DNA of 56,128 nt, filler included, from Basidiobolus ranarum (Eukaryota), in assembly GCA_040143965.1 (NCBI GenBank). It is 2 parts of 2 records of this genome, joined end to end, with 100 filler letters (N's around TTAATTAATTAA, not from the genome) between each part and the next. Parts side by side here need not be neighbours in the genome. Positions count along the whole stretch, not along the records: positions 28,169 to 56,128 come from JASJQH010006994.1; 1 more part is not named here. One strand, given 5' to 3'. The translations under genes and the position numbers were made by a program. The notes beneath the pieces are model-generated. The model did not search any database and was not told the origin of the DNA. It was given only the letters and a program-made list of their open reading frames with translations. Of the stretch, positions 38,101 through 52,063 are shown piece after piece. Position 1 is the first letter of the stretch, and each line of letters starts with the position of its first letter.

Positions 38101-41100
38101 GATTTTGGGGTTGCTTCCTTAAATGTACGTGAGCTTATTGACTTCCTCAAAATCATGCGCGGAAGTTCTAATGCTGCGGTGAGAACAAATTCTGTTACAC
38201 TACTTGGTCTTTTGAGCATGTACATTGGATCGCAAATTCGAACATTGGTACAGGATCTTAGCCCCAGTTTGCTCAGCACTGTAGATGCAGAATTCTCAAA
38301 GGTAGCCGACCAGAAACCACCACAGCCTACCAAAGGAGTTACTGTATCTGGGACTAATGGAAATAGTGGAGCAACAATGCAGCAAGTTCTTGATCATGCT
38401 ATTCCTCGCGTTGATATAAGCTCTCAGATCAACACCAAGATCCTTAAAGATATGAGAGATCCTAACTGGAAAGTTCGTAAAGAATCGTTGGATCAGGTTC
38501 AAGGAATATTAGAGGCTGCTAACAAAAGAATCAAACCCCAAGTAGGAGATCTATTGAACGTTTTGAAGGATAGAATTTTGGATAGTAACAAAATCATTCA
38601 AACTCTTGCTTTGGATATCTGTGCCACTGTAGCTTTAGCCATGGGAAAACCATTTGAAAAGCAATCACGCAGTATCATACCTCAAGTGCTCACATGCTTC
38701 ACTGATAGTAAAGTTCAGACTAGGCAAAGTGCCTTGAAAACGTTGGATTCTATATCTGAAGTTTGTAGCCTCAATTCTTTAATCCCCCTCATCGCCAACA
38801 GTCTCGTTCAAGATTCCCCTACGTTGAGGAAGGACCTTACTAGCTGGCTAAACGAAAATCTTGCAGCATACTTTGGTAAAGATGAGTCGAATCAACTAGA
38901 GCTCAGTCCTTTGATTCGACCCACTTTCCAATGTCTACAGGATAGAAATTCTGAAATTCGTAAGAGTGCCACAAGCCTCGTAGAATACATCATCAAAAGT
39001 GTTGGATATATTCATGTTAGAGAAAAGGCATCAGAACTCACTGGGTCTACTAGGCAAACCATTTTACCTATTATCGAGGGTTTTAATAAACCTGGATTGA
39101 TTGAGACCAGCAAACCAAGCAACCCAGGCCCTCGTATGCAAACCACCAACACCAAGATACGCGCTGGACCAAAAGCATCAAATGTTTCCGTACCTCAACC
39201 TGTTCCAACAGAAAGAAAAAAGGAGACCGTTGTTCGCTCTGCTACTTCTGAAAAAACGAACAACCCAGTCAAGATAGCTTCCACCAGCGAATCTAGTAGC
39301 AGAGCTCGAGTAGCCCGGCTCGAAGATGGACCGAAAAACTCGCCTGCTCCTGTGCCAAGCTCTAAAGATACACCTGTTTCTAACCGCGCTGACCCCAAGA
39401 AGAATTTACCAACATTTGATGAGGAAATCCCAATTATCACCAATGACCCCAAAGCTAAATCTCTACGTGGAGACAAGGATAGAGGGCTCAACAAATGGAC
39501 ATTCGAGACACCTCGTCAAGAACATGTTGACACACTTTCGGAACAAATGAAGCCACATTTTAGTCCCAGGATTCGTCAACTATTATTCTCTACAGGCAGC
39601 AGCGCTAGTAAAGGCATACTCGATGCATTAAATCTTCTAGACGAGTGTATCGTCAACAAAGAGTATTCTGAATCCAAATATCAGCTTAGTTACGAAGAGA
39701 TGAGGTCACGTTTCGTTAATAACTCGGATATTCTTCTCAAATATGTGTCATTGAGACTATTTGATACCAACACCAGTATTCTGCTCAAGTGCACTGACTT
39801 TTTGGAACATTTCATCGTGATCCTGGACCAACAGGCCTATTGCTTCACTGATTACGAAGCATCAGCGTTTCTTCCTATATTCATTGGTAAGCTGGGGCAC
39901 AATAATGAGGTGCTACGTACGCGCTCTCGTGAGATTCTCAAGAAATTCTGTCGCATTTATCCAGCCAGTAAGATTTTCACTCTCATTATTGACCATGGCC
40001 TAAAGTCGAAAAGCTCCAAGACTAGAGCTGACTGTTTAGAGGAAATTGGAGTTTTGATCCGAAGAAATGGTCTTTCTGTTTGCAATCCAGCGAAGAATCT
40101 TCCAACCATTGCTTCATTTATCAGTGACAAGGACTCTCTTGTTCGTAATGCTGCTCTGAATACGATTGTCGAGACACAAAATATTGTTGGCGATACGGTT
40201 TTCAAGTATATAGGCCAACTTGCTAACAAGGAGCAAAGTATGCTTGAGGAGCGTTTGAAACGTAATAAGCCTACCTCTTACGATCCCGCCAGTGCTAGTG
40301 GACAAGGCCCCGTACAGAGACACCCCATGCTTGCAAGGACCCTACCTCTCTCACGGTTTGCCAATCGTACTCCTAGCGATCCTGTGACAGCCGCTAAAAC
40401 AGTGAATCCATTTACCGCTCCTGCTTCATCCAAGCCATCTCCAATTATCCCAACTCCTAGTGTATACTCGAGTAGCTCGACTGCCTCATCTATATCCTCT
40501 GATCGTGTTGATTCTCCGGAGTCATTCAGTTCCAATCCAAGTGGTAAAAATACTCCAGAGCCGCTTCAAAAAGCATTCTCCTCTCTCACCCTGGTGGATA
40601 AGCCGAATGACTCTGTGCCTTTACAGACGATAAGTATCCCTGAGCCATCCAAAATCGATGCACAAGCACTCGTAGATGCTATCTTAAATAGTGAAGAGGA
40701 TGGACGTCTCACTGTTGCCATCAAGCAAGTATCTCACTGCCTCAGTGAAGACAAAATGGCACTTCTTCCTGTCATTAATCCATTGATTTTGGCGATACTA
40801 GGCAAGCTTGAGGTTAACCCTGAGGCAATGCAAAATGCAGGTTGGCTGAAACGTTCCAAAAATATTATGACCATGAACGCGCGTATTCTTGCTCGTAAGG
40901 AGTTAGTGCGCGACATCAGTCCGTCTACCCTTCGTCGGTTGTTTGATTATGTATTGATACTGCTTGTCTCCGATACACTGCCCAAGAGCACTGACCCTTT
41001 GAATCCGCAACCATTAGAGCGCTCACTCAACGTTGTTATCATGAAGCTCTTGGAGAATGCACACCCTGAACATCTCTTTAAGGTTTTGTTTGATATGTAC

Positions 41101-41502
41101 ACTCTTGCCACACACCAGATGGCGCAAGAGGCTGATCCAGATACATGGGCACCTTATCAACACTTGGATTCATACAAGTTCTTTGATCTTATACAGAAAT
41201 GCTTGTGGAAGCTTTCCCGCACGTTGCCCGCTCACTTGACATCAATTCAAGAGCCACTTGCCGTCGATACCATCCTCCAGGTTCTTCACCAATTTGTAGA
41301 AACTTTCGTTCAAAACCGGGATAGGTTACTCAAACTACGATCTCTGAACGCAGATCCTTTCCCTACTGTGCGAGTAGTTTTAGTTCCCTTAGTCAATTCG
41401 ATTGGAGACAAACTATTACAAAACCTAGAGAACATTGAGCATTCCGAAGAAACACTGACACCCTTGGTCAAAACCCTCCTTGATAAAAGGCGTCCTGAAT
41501 AA
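35182..41502 (+). CDS. STU2: XMAP215/CKAP5/Stu2/Alp14 microtubule polymerase (multi-TOG), with an apparent 1-bp deletion at ~37917
   Basis: MSTEDDFSALPLEEKFIHK/SWKARL start, 10 introns in 35239-37000, TOG signatures SAKWKDRK, DSNWKNRI and DPNWKVRK, HEAT repeats. The final exon 37001-41502 switches frame at ATT GT^ACA GGA TTG GCC GAA AAA TTG GGC GAC. Confidence 0.93.
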
Positions 41503-42017
41503 TCACCCATCCATCCATGTCTATTTATAACCTTGCATGAATTTTATATCAACCATTGGATCGTTTTATGTTGAAATTGTATATTTTCTTTAACTGTTGC
41601 ATACTCTCAATAAATCTCCACTATAAAGGTGTGTGCATCTATCCTTACCAAGCTTATGAGAATTGGAGGGCCATTTGCTAGTCGCCAATGATTATCTTGT
41701 AACATAGGTACCGATCGAGCACTTGACATGGACAATAGTGCACGAGGGTAGCTCCAGAGATGGATTAGTGTAACTTGGAGATATATCGTATCTTCAGAAA
41801 CCAACCACACATGAGTCACAGTCATGATGAGAAAGTTGCCGGGAGCAACCGAATTTATATTAGATAGACTGAGAGTCAGCAGCAATAAGGATTGAAACTA
41901 AATTGAAATCTCCATACTATTTTGTGACTAATTCTTATTCATCAGACCGGGTTTTTCTTGAATTCCATGGTATCATAAATTTCATTTCTTTATAGTTTTA
42001 AGGTGATAAGTAAGGTG

Positions 42018-43404
42018 ATGGAGCAGCAACAGAAGCAACAACAACCGGAACTACCACAGCTTTCTCCTAGTCAACTCATGACTCTAACGAATAGTGCTAG
42101 ACACGGAAGGACCAACGGACTTACCATTGTACTCAAGCTTGGTACTTCCTCTATATGCGACGAGGTGACTCACTTTCCGTTGTTAGCCACTCTGTCTAGT
42201 ATGGTTGAAACTATTGTTAAGCTTCAAAAAATGGGACACCGTGTTGTATTAGTTACCAGTGGTGCGGTGGGTGTAGGTTTGAGAAGATTAGATATCTCAA
42301 CCAAGCCTTCCGAATTGGCCAAGAAGCAGGTATAACCGTTATGTGTAACCTCTTGGACCGTTAGAACATTAACTCATTTCTTACTGCTTTACTAGGCTAT
42401 TGCTGCTGTTGGTCAAGGGAGACTTATGAGTTTATATGATAATCTATTTGGACAATTTAACCAGCCCATAGCACAAATACTTCTTACTAAGAATGATTTA
42501 GCCCAGGTAAATTGGTTTTTTATGAAGTGAATATTGAGTAGAAACTAATGAATTGAGTTGAATTGAATGTTAGAGAAGTAGATATTTGAATGCACGTAAC
42601 ACTTTTGAAGAACTTTTCAATATGAACGTATTACCAATTGTCAATGAAAATGACACCGTTAGTGTGGCGGAAATTCGTTTTGGTGATAACGATACACTCA
42701 GTGCCATTACTGCTGGGATCATTCATGCCGATTACCTATTCCTTTTGACCGATGTAGACTGTCTATATTCTGATAATCCACGTACAAACCCTTCAGCCAG
42801 ACCCGTTGTGGAGGTGGATGATATTAGCAAGCTTAGAGAAGAGATTGTTGTTACAACTCCAGGAAGTTCATTGGGTACGGGTGGAATGGTCACCAAGCTT
42901 GTTGCGGCAGAGTTGGCCACTGCCGCCGGAGTTACGACCATCATTACCCGTGGATCACAACCTGAGCGAGTGTTTGAGATAATCGACAGTCTTCAAAACG
43001 AAGGGAGCAAGGAACCACCATTGCATACACGGTTTATAGCTAAGCATGATCCTATGCTAGATAGAAAGTGGTGGATCTTACATGGACTGTATGATGCTGG
43101 TTCAATCGTGGTAGATTTAGGAGCCAAATTGGCGCTCACTCGACACAAAAGCAGTCTCTTTGCGGCAGGAATTGTTCGGGTAGATGGTTACTTTAACGCT
43201 AGTCAAGCGGTCAATGTTGTGTATGAAGAGATAGGGCCTGACGGGCGAGTGGATTCGTTGATTTTAGCCAAAGGATTAGTGAACTACTCCAGTGTAGAGA
43301 TTAACATTATCAAAGGATGTAAGAGCTCACAGTTCCCGGATCTTTTGGGATACGTGGACTCGCCATGTATTGTTGAACGAGAGAATCTCGCTCGTCTAGT
43401 TTGA
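42018..43404 (+). CDS. PRO1: Glutamate 5-kinase with C-terminal PUA domain
   Basis: [60 protein letters not shown] and a PUA domain. Two introns (about 42330-42394 and 42506-42573). Confidence 0.95.
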
Positions 43405-44113
43405 ATGAGTGTAGCTTAGCAAATGGCAGGTGCATCTCATTCATGTCTACACCAGAGTGCTACTAGATGTGTTTATGTTCAGTAAAATAGTACCATCACC
43501 CTGGTCAAACTAATCGTTTCAATCTTATTTGCTGTGTCAAAGCGAACATGGAAAGTCACCATTCCGAGAAAAAGATCTAATTACCTAAGCTAAGGCATGC
43601 TTTGTGAATAAACCTAACAACAGTGAGATATTATCAAAAGATGTGACAAGCCTTGTAATCCGTGCCTTATGGAATCTTCCTAGGACATCTGCAATAAATT
43701 GGTGATTGCACATATCAGACCAGCATCAGCTCAACTCTTAAGATGGAATGTTCCATTTCTAGCAGTAGATTTACTAAGATGATCAAGTATTTATATTTGT
43801 GTGCACAGATTTACGATATGATGTTCTAGTCAGACTAGTGTTAAGCTTTGGCTACTTGATTTCTAAAGAGACAGTAGAGAATGGATGCATCACCGGGGAG
43901 CATTGAGGGATGAGTATTTTCTACTACATGAAAGACCCTTATCGGAATCTTGATATATGAAAGAAAGGATGACAAATAAGGCCCATAGAATAAGAAGCAA
44001 GAACTTATATTTAGGGGAAATAAGGAATCATCTCCGCAACATCTACATCTAAATTGACGATGAAAATTGGCGAGACATGCGGGAGATGAAGTACAGAAGC
44101 CACAATGAGCTGT

Positions 44114-45849
44114 TTACTCTTCGAAAACGCCGTTTTTAATCTGTTCTGCGGTCTTCCGCCTCATCTCAAACACCTCAAGGATAGCATCCTTAAAGCAGTG
44201 GAAATTATAATCTAGCAGACCATGCTTCTCAAAGTTCTCGGAGCGAAGAAGACAGACAAGAGAAAGGTATCTGGATATCGTTTACATGTGTTTAGCATTC
44301 ATGGATTACCAACTGTGACTGGAATACGCTTACTTGTTGACCTCCCTGAGATAAAGCACCATGCCATTGTTGAGCTTAATCAAAGAAAATGCCTCGTTAT
44401 CCGAGTCAGCCTGTTTGGATGTACCTTCGCCTTCTTCTGTAGTACTTACTCGATGGCTCTCCGGGGTAGTAGGCCTTAAATTGAAGGGGTGTTGAGCTAT
44501 TGTCGATATGGTTCTTATACACGCGATGAATACTTTACCCATAAATACAGGAGATGTCAATTATCACATCAATCATATCACTGCAGATTTCATACGATTG
44601 CATGTCAACAGGGGAACTGTCGGTAGCTACGTAGATTTTACTGATTACATCGAATAAGAAAGCCTTCTCAATTCCAGAATTCTGAATAGATCAACGCATT
44701 AGAACCAACGAACTGTGGTGCATATGTACACTTAGCACATCCTTACCGAGCATAAGATGTTGAGTAGATTCTCGAGGGTCGGAAGCTGTGGAATGAGCTT
44801 TTGGATCACCTTACTGAATGCTTCGTAGATGGAGTGATCGTAAATACTAGTCAAGTGGAAGCTTAGATGAATATTGTCTAATCCAGCGTCAGTCAGTTCA
44901 TCCATAGTTCGTTGTTGTATGTCTCGCTGAGTATCTACGTTAGAGAAAACGTGTTGAAAAGGAAATTAGACCGCGAAGGCAATTGCTTGATAGAAGCTGG
45001 AATGTTACCGATTTTATAATCGTCAGATAATCCATCTACTTTATGAATGAAAACCTCAAATTTGATGTTAGGGTTGACTCTGTAAGCCCGTACAACTGTT
45101 GTATAAAGTTTGGACAAAGCCTCGATGTAGTCATCCTTAAATTTAAAGACATTTGAATATGAGTAAGTAAAGATGAAATCGTCAAGTATAAGAATGTGGC
45201 ACAACCTGGGCATCAATGACAAAAACAAGCGCACCAACTTCGCCAAAGATAGCATCCGAATCGAATGCAGGATCAAAAAAATCGATTTGTCCAGGGAAAT
45301 CCCATACTTGAAATTCAATGAAAGAACTGACGAGAACATGTACTCCAGTGAGAAAAATGGTTCGAAATATAAGAGTTTCGCCGAAAGTAACTTACATGAT
45401 ATTATCTTTCACCACTTTACTAGTACTCTCCAAAAACAACGTTTCATTGGGCGACATCTTATGAAATACCACCTTTTGGATGCTGGATTTCCCACTTCTG
45501 TTGCAAGTTTTAGTAATTGATCAAGTTCGAAGTTCTTAGGTGGAAAACTGACCTGCGTAAACCCATCAATAACAAACGCGGTTTGTGATCCTTACCCAAG
45601 TCCTCAACATAATCATCCCCTAGGCTGTTGGTGACGGTCAGGCTTTAGTTAGTTTTACTGGCTCGTTCAAGTATACAGAGATACTTGTAATAGAAAACAG
45701 TGAAAAATTCACATACCCAATATCGGCATGGTAGGGTGAATTATAAAACTCGTCATCCGAATACTGTTCGTATGAAAATTTTTAGTACATTGTAGTGATT
45801 ACACTCAAGTTAAGTGAATGAAGAAACGAGAAGTACGTACAACTGACAT
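44114..45849 (-). CDS. GTR2: Rag C/D GTPase (TORC1 amino-acid sensing)
   Basis: Multi-exon intact frame: [90 protein letters not shown]. First exon is only ATG TCA GTT. Confidence 0.95.
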
Positions 45850-48161
45850 GGTACAATAATTGAGAATGTTCCAAATTTCCTGCAATGGTTTTACGAAGGA
45901 AGGAATATTTATTAAGCTAGTATTTCAATAATATTCTAGACGAGCTAATCTATGGAATTAGATTGATCTTAATCCAATATTAGCAGGAACTAATTTTTGA
46001 AACAACTGTTTAATGAGAATAATAGTCAATCTCACATACGAACCAGAATTAGTCTTCTGAAGTATGACAGCATGCAAAAATAGCAGTAATATTCGATGAT
46101 GTTTGTGTGTGTTAAATGATTCAAGTAGTATGAACATCAACTGAAATGTATAAAGATATACATAAACAGCAGTAAGCATCAAGTTGTTAAATAGAGAGCT
46201 GTCTACTGCTCAAAAGTATAGAGTTGGCTGCCAAAGGTGTATTTGCTTTCGTAGGAGATTCGAAGCTTATCAAAGGCTCTACTTTTCATATTTCGGTTTG
46301 CACGCTATGACTTTCTGACCATGAAGGACATTTCGTAAGTTGGCCAAGGCTGGCCGGTTATGGCCGAACTTGAAGTACATGCTACCACACCAACCGATCA
46401 AGAATCAAAGAAGCGAGTTCTTCGCTAGAACTAATAGATTTAAACCCGAGAACTTTTACTCAAAAAGAGTGTCCATAATAGATTCAACTGAATAAACACG
46501 AAAATATGGTACAACATAATTTTGGCATTAATAGCTGGATACCAAAGATACAGGTTGTTTCCTTAATTATCATAATAAGTTGAGCTACACCAGTTTCTAT
46601 TAGAGTTGTGAACAAATTCTCAATGGAAATAGTTAAAGCGAAAGCCAAGGCACAGAAAGTAAGTGTTATATTTGATATAAGACAAAAAGGCAAGCAGAGT
46701 TGTTAACTAGAAGCGACTATTTAGAGGAATTTAACTGAGGTTGATTCCACAATCGCCACCAATTTGTTCGACCATGACATCAATTGAGTCACCATCTTCC
46801 ATTTCAAGCTATGAGGAGAGACTTGGAATCAGCACTGAATACTATATTTAACACACTTTGCAGTTACATACCTCAGCGGGAGTGTTATGGGGTTGAACTC
46901 GAACACCATCATATAAGAAGCGAACAGAGGAGACGGATTTCCCCTGACGATCACAGTAGGCCTCCATAAGTTTTTTCAGGGCAGTGGTACGCTTAATTTT
47001 GAAAAATACTTCGTTGTGGTCCTACAAAGCTAAGTTTTAACTATTTGAGCAAGAAATCTATCACTGGAATACACTTACATTGCCGACAACCTTGAGGTTG
47101 ATATGCTCAGTATTCTCCTTCTTATCAACATCAGACATGTTAGTGAGCAACGATTTAGAAAAGGTGTAACAAACGTAGAAGTAAAGCTTAGGAATATAAA
47201 TTCAAATATGTACGTAAACAAGATTGGATGACTTTGTTTTTTTTCTTTCAGGGAATTGCAATAAAATTGCTAATAATCTACCATTTCAAAAACACTGAAA
47301 AATCTAGATGTTGTTTAGAATATGACCGCTTCACCCTGTTGTGTAATCAACAAGGCGTAAATGATTTAATTCGTAGATATGATGTCTAGTCTACACATCG
47401 AATATACAAAACAAACCTGTATATAAAGATATTCTATTTGTTGTGGAATTTTACCTACGTTGCCGATAGTTGTGACTCATTGACTTGATATAAAGCCATG
47501 ATCATGTATATCTAATCTGCAGTAGTTGGCTATCCCTTCGACACAAATCTGGAGTAATAAACATATACTGTGACTAGCCTTGAAAAATCTGATCTCCTGA
47601 TGCGTCATATACACTACTAGCACGATATGGGTGAAATAGCACATAAGTCAGCGCAGCCAGAGGCTCTGTGATCGTGGCGAGAAATGGCAATTAGAATTGA
47701 AAGGCTTTGTCGTATAGGGTGATGGAATGATAAGATGTGACTTCAACTGGATGATGTTTGCTCAAGCCTCTGCTATCAAAGTATCCCTTCTAGCCATCGC
47801 AATGCTATCAAAAGTCTAAAGTAATAAAGGAGAATTCAGCATTACACTCTCCAAACAAGTATTTTAACTTCCCGCCTTGGTGTATGGTAAGCCAGGTTTA
47901 GATTTCTCTCATTTAGAAGGTTACAGCATAATGAATTTGAGCTTATATTGATAATTTACTTCCATATTCTGTTTGATAATTATTACAAATACTGCATAGA
48001 AATCATACGAATAATGAAAGTTGTAAATGGACTAGAATTACTGTCCGGGACATGGTTCAAAACCAAATTAGCCAGAACACATAGGAAGATGAAGTACTTG
48101 AATACAATATGTATTTTAAAATTAATTCGGAGATTGATAATTAATAGGATTCAACTAGTTC

Positions 48162-49996
48162 TTAAACGGATATAGCTTGGTGTTCGGTGCTTTTTACTAC
48201 TTCAGGTGCTTCTACGATAATTTCTGAAGCGCTGATAGCTGGGATAGAGTCAGAAGTTGAAGAACTGTTGGATGCTGAACCAGTGTTGGAACGAAGCATG
48301 AAAGTCATTCTCTTGAATAAGGTGGGCTGCTTGGCTTTGTCTTCAGTGGTACCAACCTCAGCAACTTTGGTTCTTCTTCAGCAGCAGCCTCAGTAGGCTC
48401 GTCAGTGGATTTAGGAGCTTCCTCCACTTCGGCAGTGCTCTCAACAGCTACCTCAGGTTGAGGTTCTGAAATGGCTACTACTTCACTGACTTCCTCAACT
48501 GAAGCAACTTGAGATTCCGAATTCTTAGACTTCTTGGAACGGAATAAGTTGGAAAATGAGCGCTTAACAGGAGATTCCGGAGCACTGTTAGGAACAGCAT
48601 CTGAAGAAACTTCAGCAGATTCCTCAACTGGCACCTCTTCAGTGGTAGCCGCCCCTACTTCAGTCTCTTGAGGTTCTAAAACATCTTGAGGAGCGATATC
48701 TTCAGATGAACCCAACTCAACTTGAGCTTCAGCTACCTCAGCTTTTTTCTGACTCTTCAAGAATTTCGGAAGTCCGAATGAGAGAGGGCGAGAAGGTTTG
48801 TTGTCAACATCAACCTCTTCGGCCTTAGCTACTGGAGAGTTGGTAGCCTCTGCTACTTCAGCTGGTTGCTCAGCTGATGTCTCTTCGGCTGCTTCAGCTT
48901 CAGTTATTTCTTGAGCTTCAGCAGAAGCCTCAACAACTGCAGCAATCTCAATATTAGAGTCGGATTTTTTGATGAATGATTTAAATCCATCAAAGACTGA
49001 TTTACGCTTGGGAGCATCTTCAACGGCAGAATCTTCGGCAACCACTGCCTCGGGCTCTTCTGGTACTTCTTCTGCCTGGCTTTCTACAACTTCAGCATCT
49101 TTAGCAACTGCAGAAGCTTCATTCTCATTCTCATTTTCTTTTTCATTATCAGAACCAGAAAGAACTTCACTGTCAGATAAGATTCCAGTAGGGATGATAG
49201 AAGCACTCTTGGCGTTGAAAGCTTGGCGGGTAACTAATTTCTCGTAAGTGTCTTTATACTGAACAGTATCAGTGACATTGGATAGAGTAGAAAGGGAATC
49301 TAATTTCCCTTGAATAGTATGAACCCACGATTTAGCTTCTTCGGAGTTTGGAGCACCAAGAATATAATCTCTAGCGTTGGTTTTAATACAGAATGCGTGA
49401 GGTTTGCTAGCCTTTGCTGGGGCAACCGACTGAACATCCTCAAGGTTAATGATACCCAGAGGAACTTCAACATGATCGGCATGACTAGATTTGAAATAGA
49501 ACAACAATCCCTCACCACTAACAGTGGCTGAAGCGATATTATGGAAAAGAGCTTTGTTTACTCTTTCAAATTCTTCCCTGGGTGCAGAGGTAGCCTTTAA
49601 ACTTTTCTTTGAAACTAAGCGTAACTGAGCCAATGCAAAAGGTTCCGGATGGAGACCAAAGTAACGATTTTTCCAAAGTCTCAAAGGTTTCAACCCACGC
49701 TTTTGTAAGTAACCTTGTTGAATTGGAGTGATTACTTCTTCATTCACGACTTGTTGCTCTGCAATCACCTCTTCTTCAGCATTCACAGCCTGTTGCTCTG
49801 GGATGGCTTCAGTAGCTGTGAGCTCTTCTGGCTTTTGAGGAGCTTCAGCTTTTGCCTCAAGAAGCTCAGGCTCAGGTACAGTATTAGTGTCAACTTCGGC
49901 ATGTTCCACAGCCACTGCTTCGACTGGAACATCTGTGACTTCGTCACTACTGACGGGTAAGTTAATTTGGGTGGCGGATTCGACAACGGCAGACAT
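48162..49996 (-). CDS. Meu6-type PH-domain protein with long acidic disordered regions; apparent 1-bp deletion at ~48368
   Basis: QQGYLQKRG..WKNRYF...ATVSGEGLLFYFK...PLGIINLEDV...EEAKSWVHTI (PH_6/Meu6-like). After GAA CC^AAA GTT the E/A/V-rich frame continues VAEVGTTEDKAKQPTLFKRM...QAISV* to 48162. Probable 5'-UTR intron at about 50027-50087. Confidence 0.8.
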
Positions 49997-52063
49997 ATTT
50001 ATGGGATATTAATTAATTGGTATAGTCTGTGAGATCGAAATAAGTTAGTATAAAGAGGTTGAACTTGGACTGATACCATAGACTCACCTAAAGATTACAG
50101 TAAGGAGGAGTATTTTCACAGAGGAGCAGATCAAGTAAAGACGAGTTGCCTAATTCCTATTGGGATGGAGATTAAAGGAGAGAGTTGGTAAATAAGCAGA
50201 TGACAAATAGAACAAGTAGCACGGCTGTTTGAACTAGAAAAGTGACACTGCTCTGTATTTATAACATTGCTAAGACTCCACTTACCAATCAATAAATCAA
50301 GAAGGAGTTAGGGGAATAAAAAGTGTAGGGGTGCTGAAAGAGCCTATGAACCGGTTGTAATACATGCAATTTATTTATTGACCAAAACAATAGCCGTACT
50401 TTCGAAAGGCTGTAGTCGACATTTCCAAATGCTTGCTAGGAGTGAAGATCGATTTCATTCAGCTAACAAAATAGTGATTAAGAAAAGGATTCTTTAAAGC
50501 GATGCTTGTCTCCTGTGCAATTCCAGTTGGCTATGTATACATTACATTAAGTTCCGATTCCGAAGCAATCTCTCCCTCATCTTGTTTATGGCTTTTCCAA
50601 TTAGAGAGAAAAAAATTGATGATGCGTGACACGTACAGAATTACGAGCATAGTCTGCTTATCAATTTGGTTAAACTAGGGTAGTATTTTGACAAAAGAAT
50701 TCTTGACTGGACTACTTTCCAGGAATACCATTGAAGAAGCAATGGAGACGATTCAGGGTATTAATGCCATCCACGGCTTGCAGAACCAGTTGCTTCTTGT
50801 GCTTACTACCATACCGCTATAGCCATCTGAAGCGACTCTGTTCAACTCAACGCAACGACTCCTCTCAAACATCAAGCCTCTTGTTTTACTTATGACTGCG
50901 AATCAGCGAGATAAAGTGGCTTTAATTCGAACAAGCTATTTGAGATATAACTTTGAATCTACCAAATATAGAGAATGCAATTTGATTCTTCCAATCAACA
51001 GCCAATGGTGTATTTGGTACGACTCAACTATATGTGATGATCACTTTCAATAGCTTGCTCAGCCAAAGCTTGTATTACAAGACGCATACAGAGCAATGAG
51101 ATATTTGTTGATATTGGGACAAATGAGCCATGTAGGGCTGCATCTAAATGACATTCGGAAGGAATGAAGAGCATCAACAACAGTGTAGTTGGATGGGGGT
51201 TTTACATTCAACGCGTGTGACCATAATAAGTATTCATATTGACCATTTAGCCACTGCAGCTCTGGTCAAGTAGCAAGTAGGTATCTGATGAACTTATCAA
51301 CTGCTTAGAGCTACTGCCGAGTTTGCACTGATGTTTCGTACCAAATACTCCGTGCGGTGCAGAGACTTCTCAGGCGAGATGTTTCTTTGGATACTCTATT
51401 TGGCTTCATCTCCACGCTCTGCGAAACATGCTGTGCTGATGTATGAATCAGGTTTTGATTTTCTATGGAGAAAAGAATATATCCAAGTTGCTTTATCAGT
51501 CGATCATGTTCTTATTAAATAAGCTCATCAAGCTGGCTTTCTAATGTCTTAGATAGAAAATTGGATTCTCCTGAGACCATCTGTCCCAGTAAGTCGCCTT
51601 CTCTATGTGATGTCCTTCCAACAGGTCGAGCTGTCACCAAGCTAATGATCGTTTCTGGATAGGTTTGAGCAGGACAAGTTTGTACTTAACATGAGCTCAC
51701 CTAGGGTTTAATATCCTATCTTGAGGCTCCTGATACGTAGCTTTAATTAGATGCAATACTGTACGCTACTTCCCCGGTAAATGAATACTTCTATGCTGTC
51801 TTTAGTCAGACGTAGCCTCCCATAAAATTAATGGACACCTGATTTTCCTATAACTAAGGTTAGTCAAAATAGCTTAAATTGAAGCGCTATCCGAAGTTTC
51901 AGATCTCAGTAGGTTTGCTCGATATTTTTCGAGAATTAGCCAATCATTTTGTACCAACAGTATCCACTAATGAACGGCTCTTGGGCAACATCCACTGACA
52001 TATAAGCAACGAGTGCTGGCAATTACAGCCTTCTGCATATAGCATACAGCTGTTTAATTCACT

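Noticed and set aside
37097..41510. Many short antisense/overlapping ORFs in the ORF track (also inside the HMG, bZIP, RPS2, PH and transportin genes)
   Set aside because: They are shadows of the real coding strand with no independent motifs.
42018..45849. PRO1-GTR2 convergent pair as an amino-acid sensing module
   Set aside because: Both are ordinary housekeeping genes and there is no evidence beyond adjacency.
46336..46372. Imperfect inverted repeat AAGTTGGCCA...TGGCCGAACTT
   Set aside because: Short and imperfect, with no associated element or second copy.
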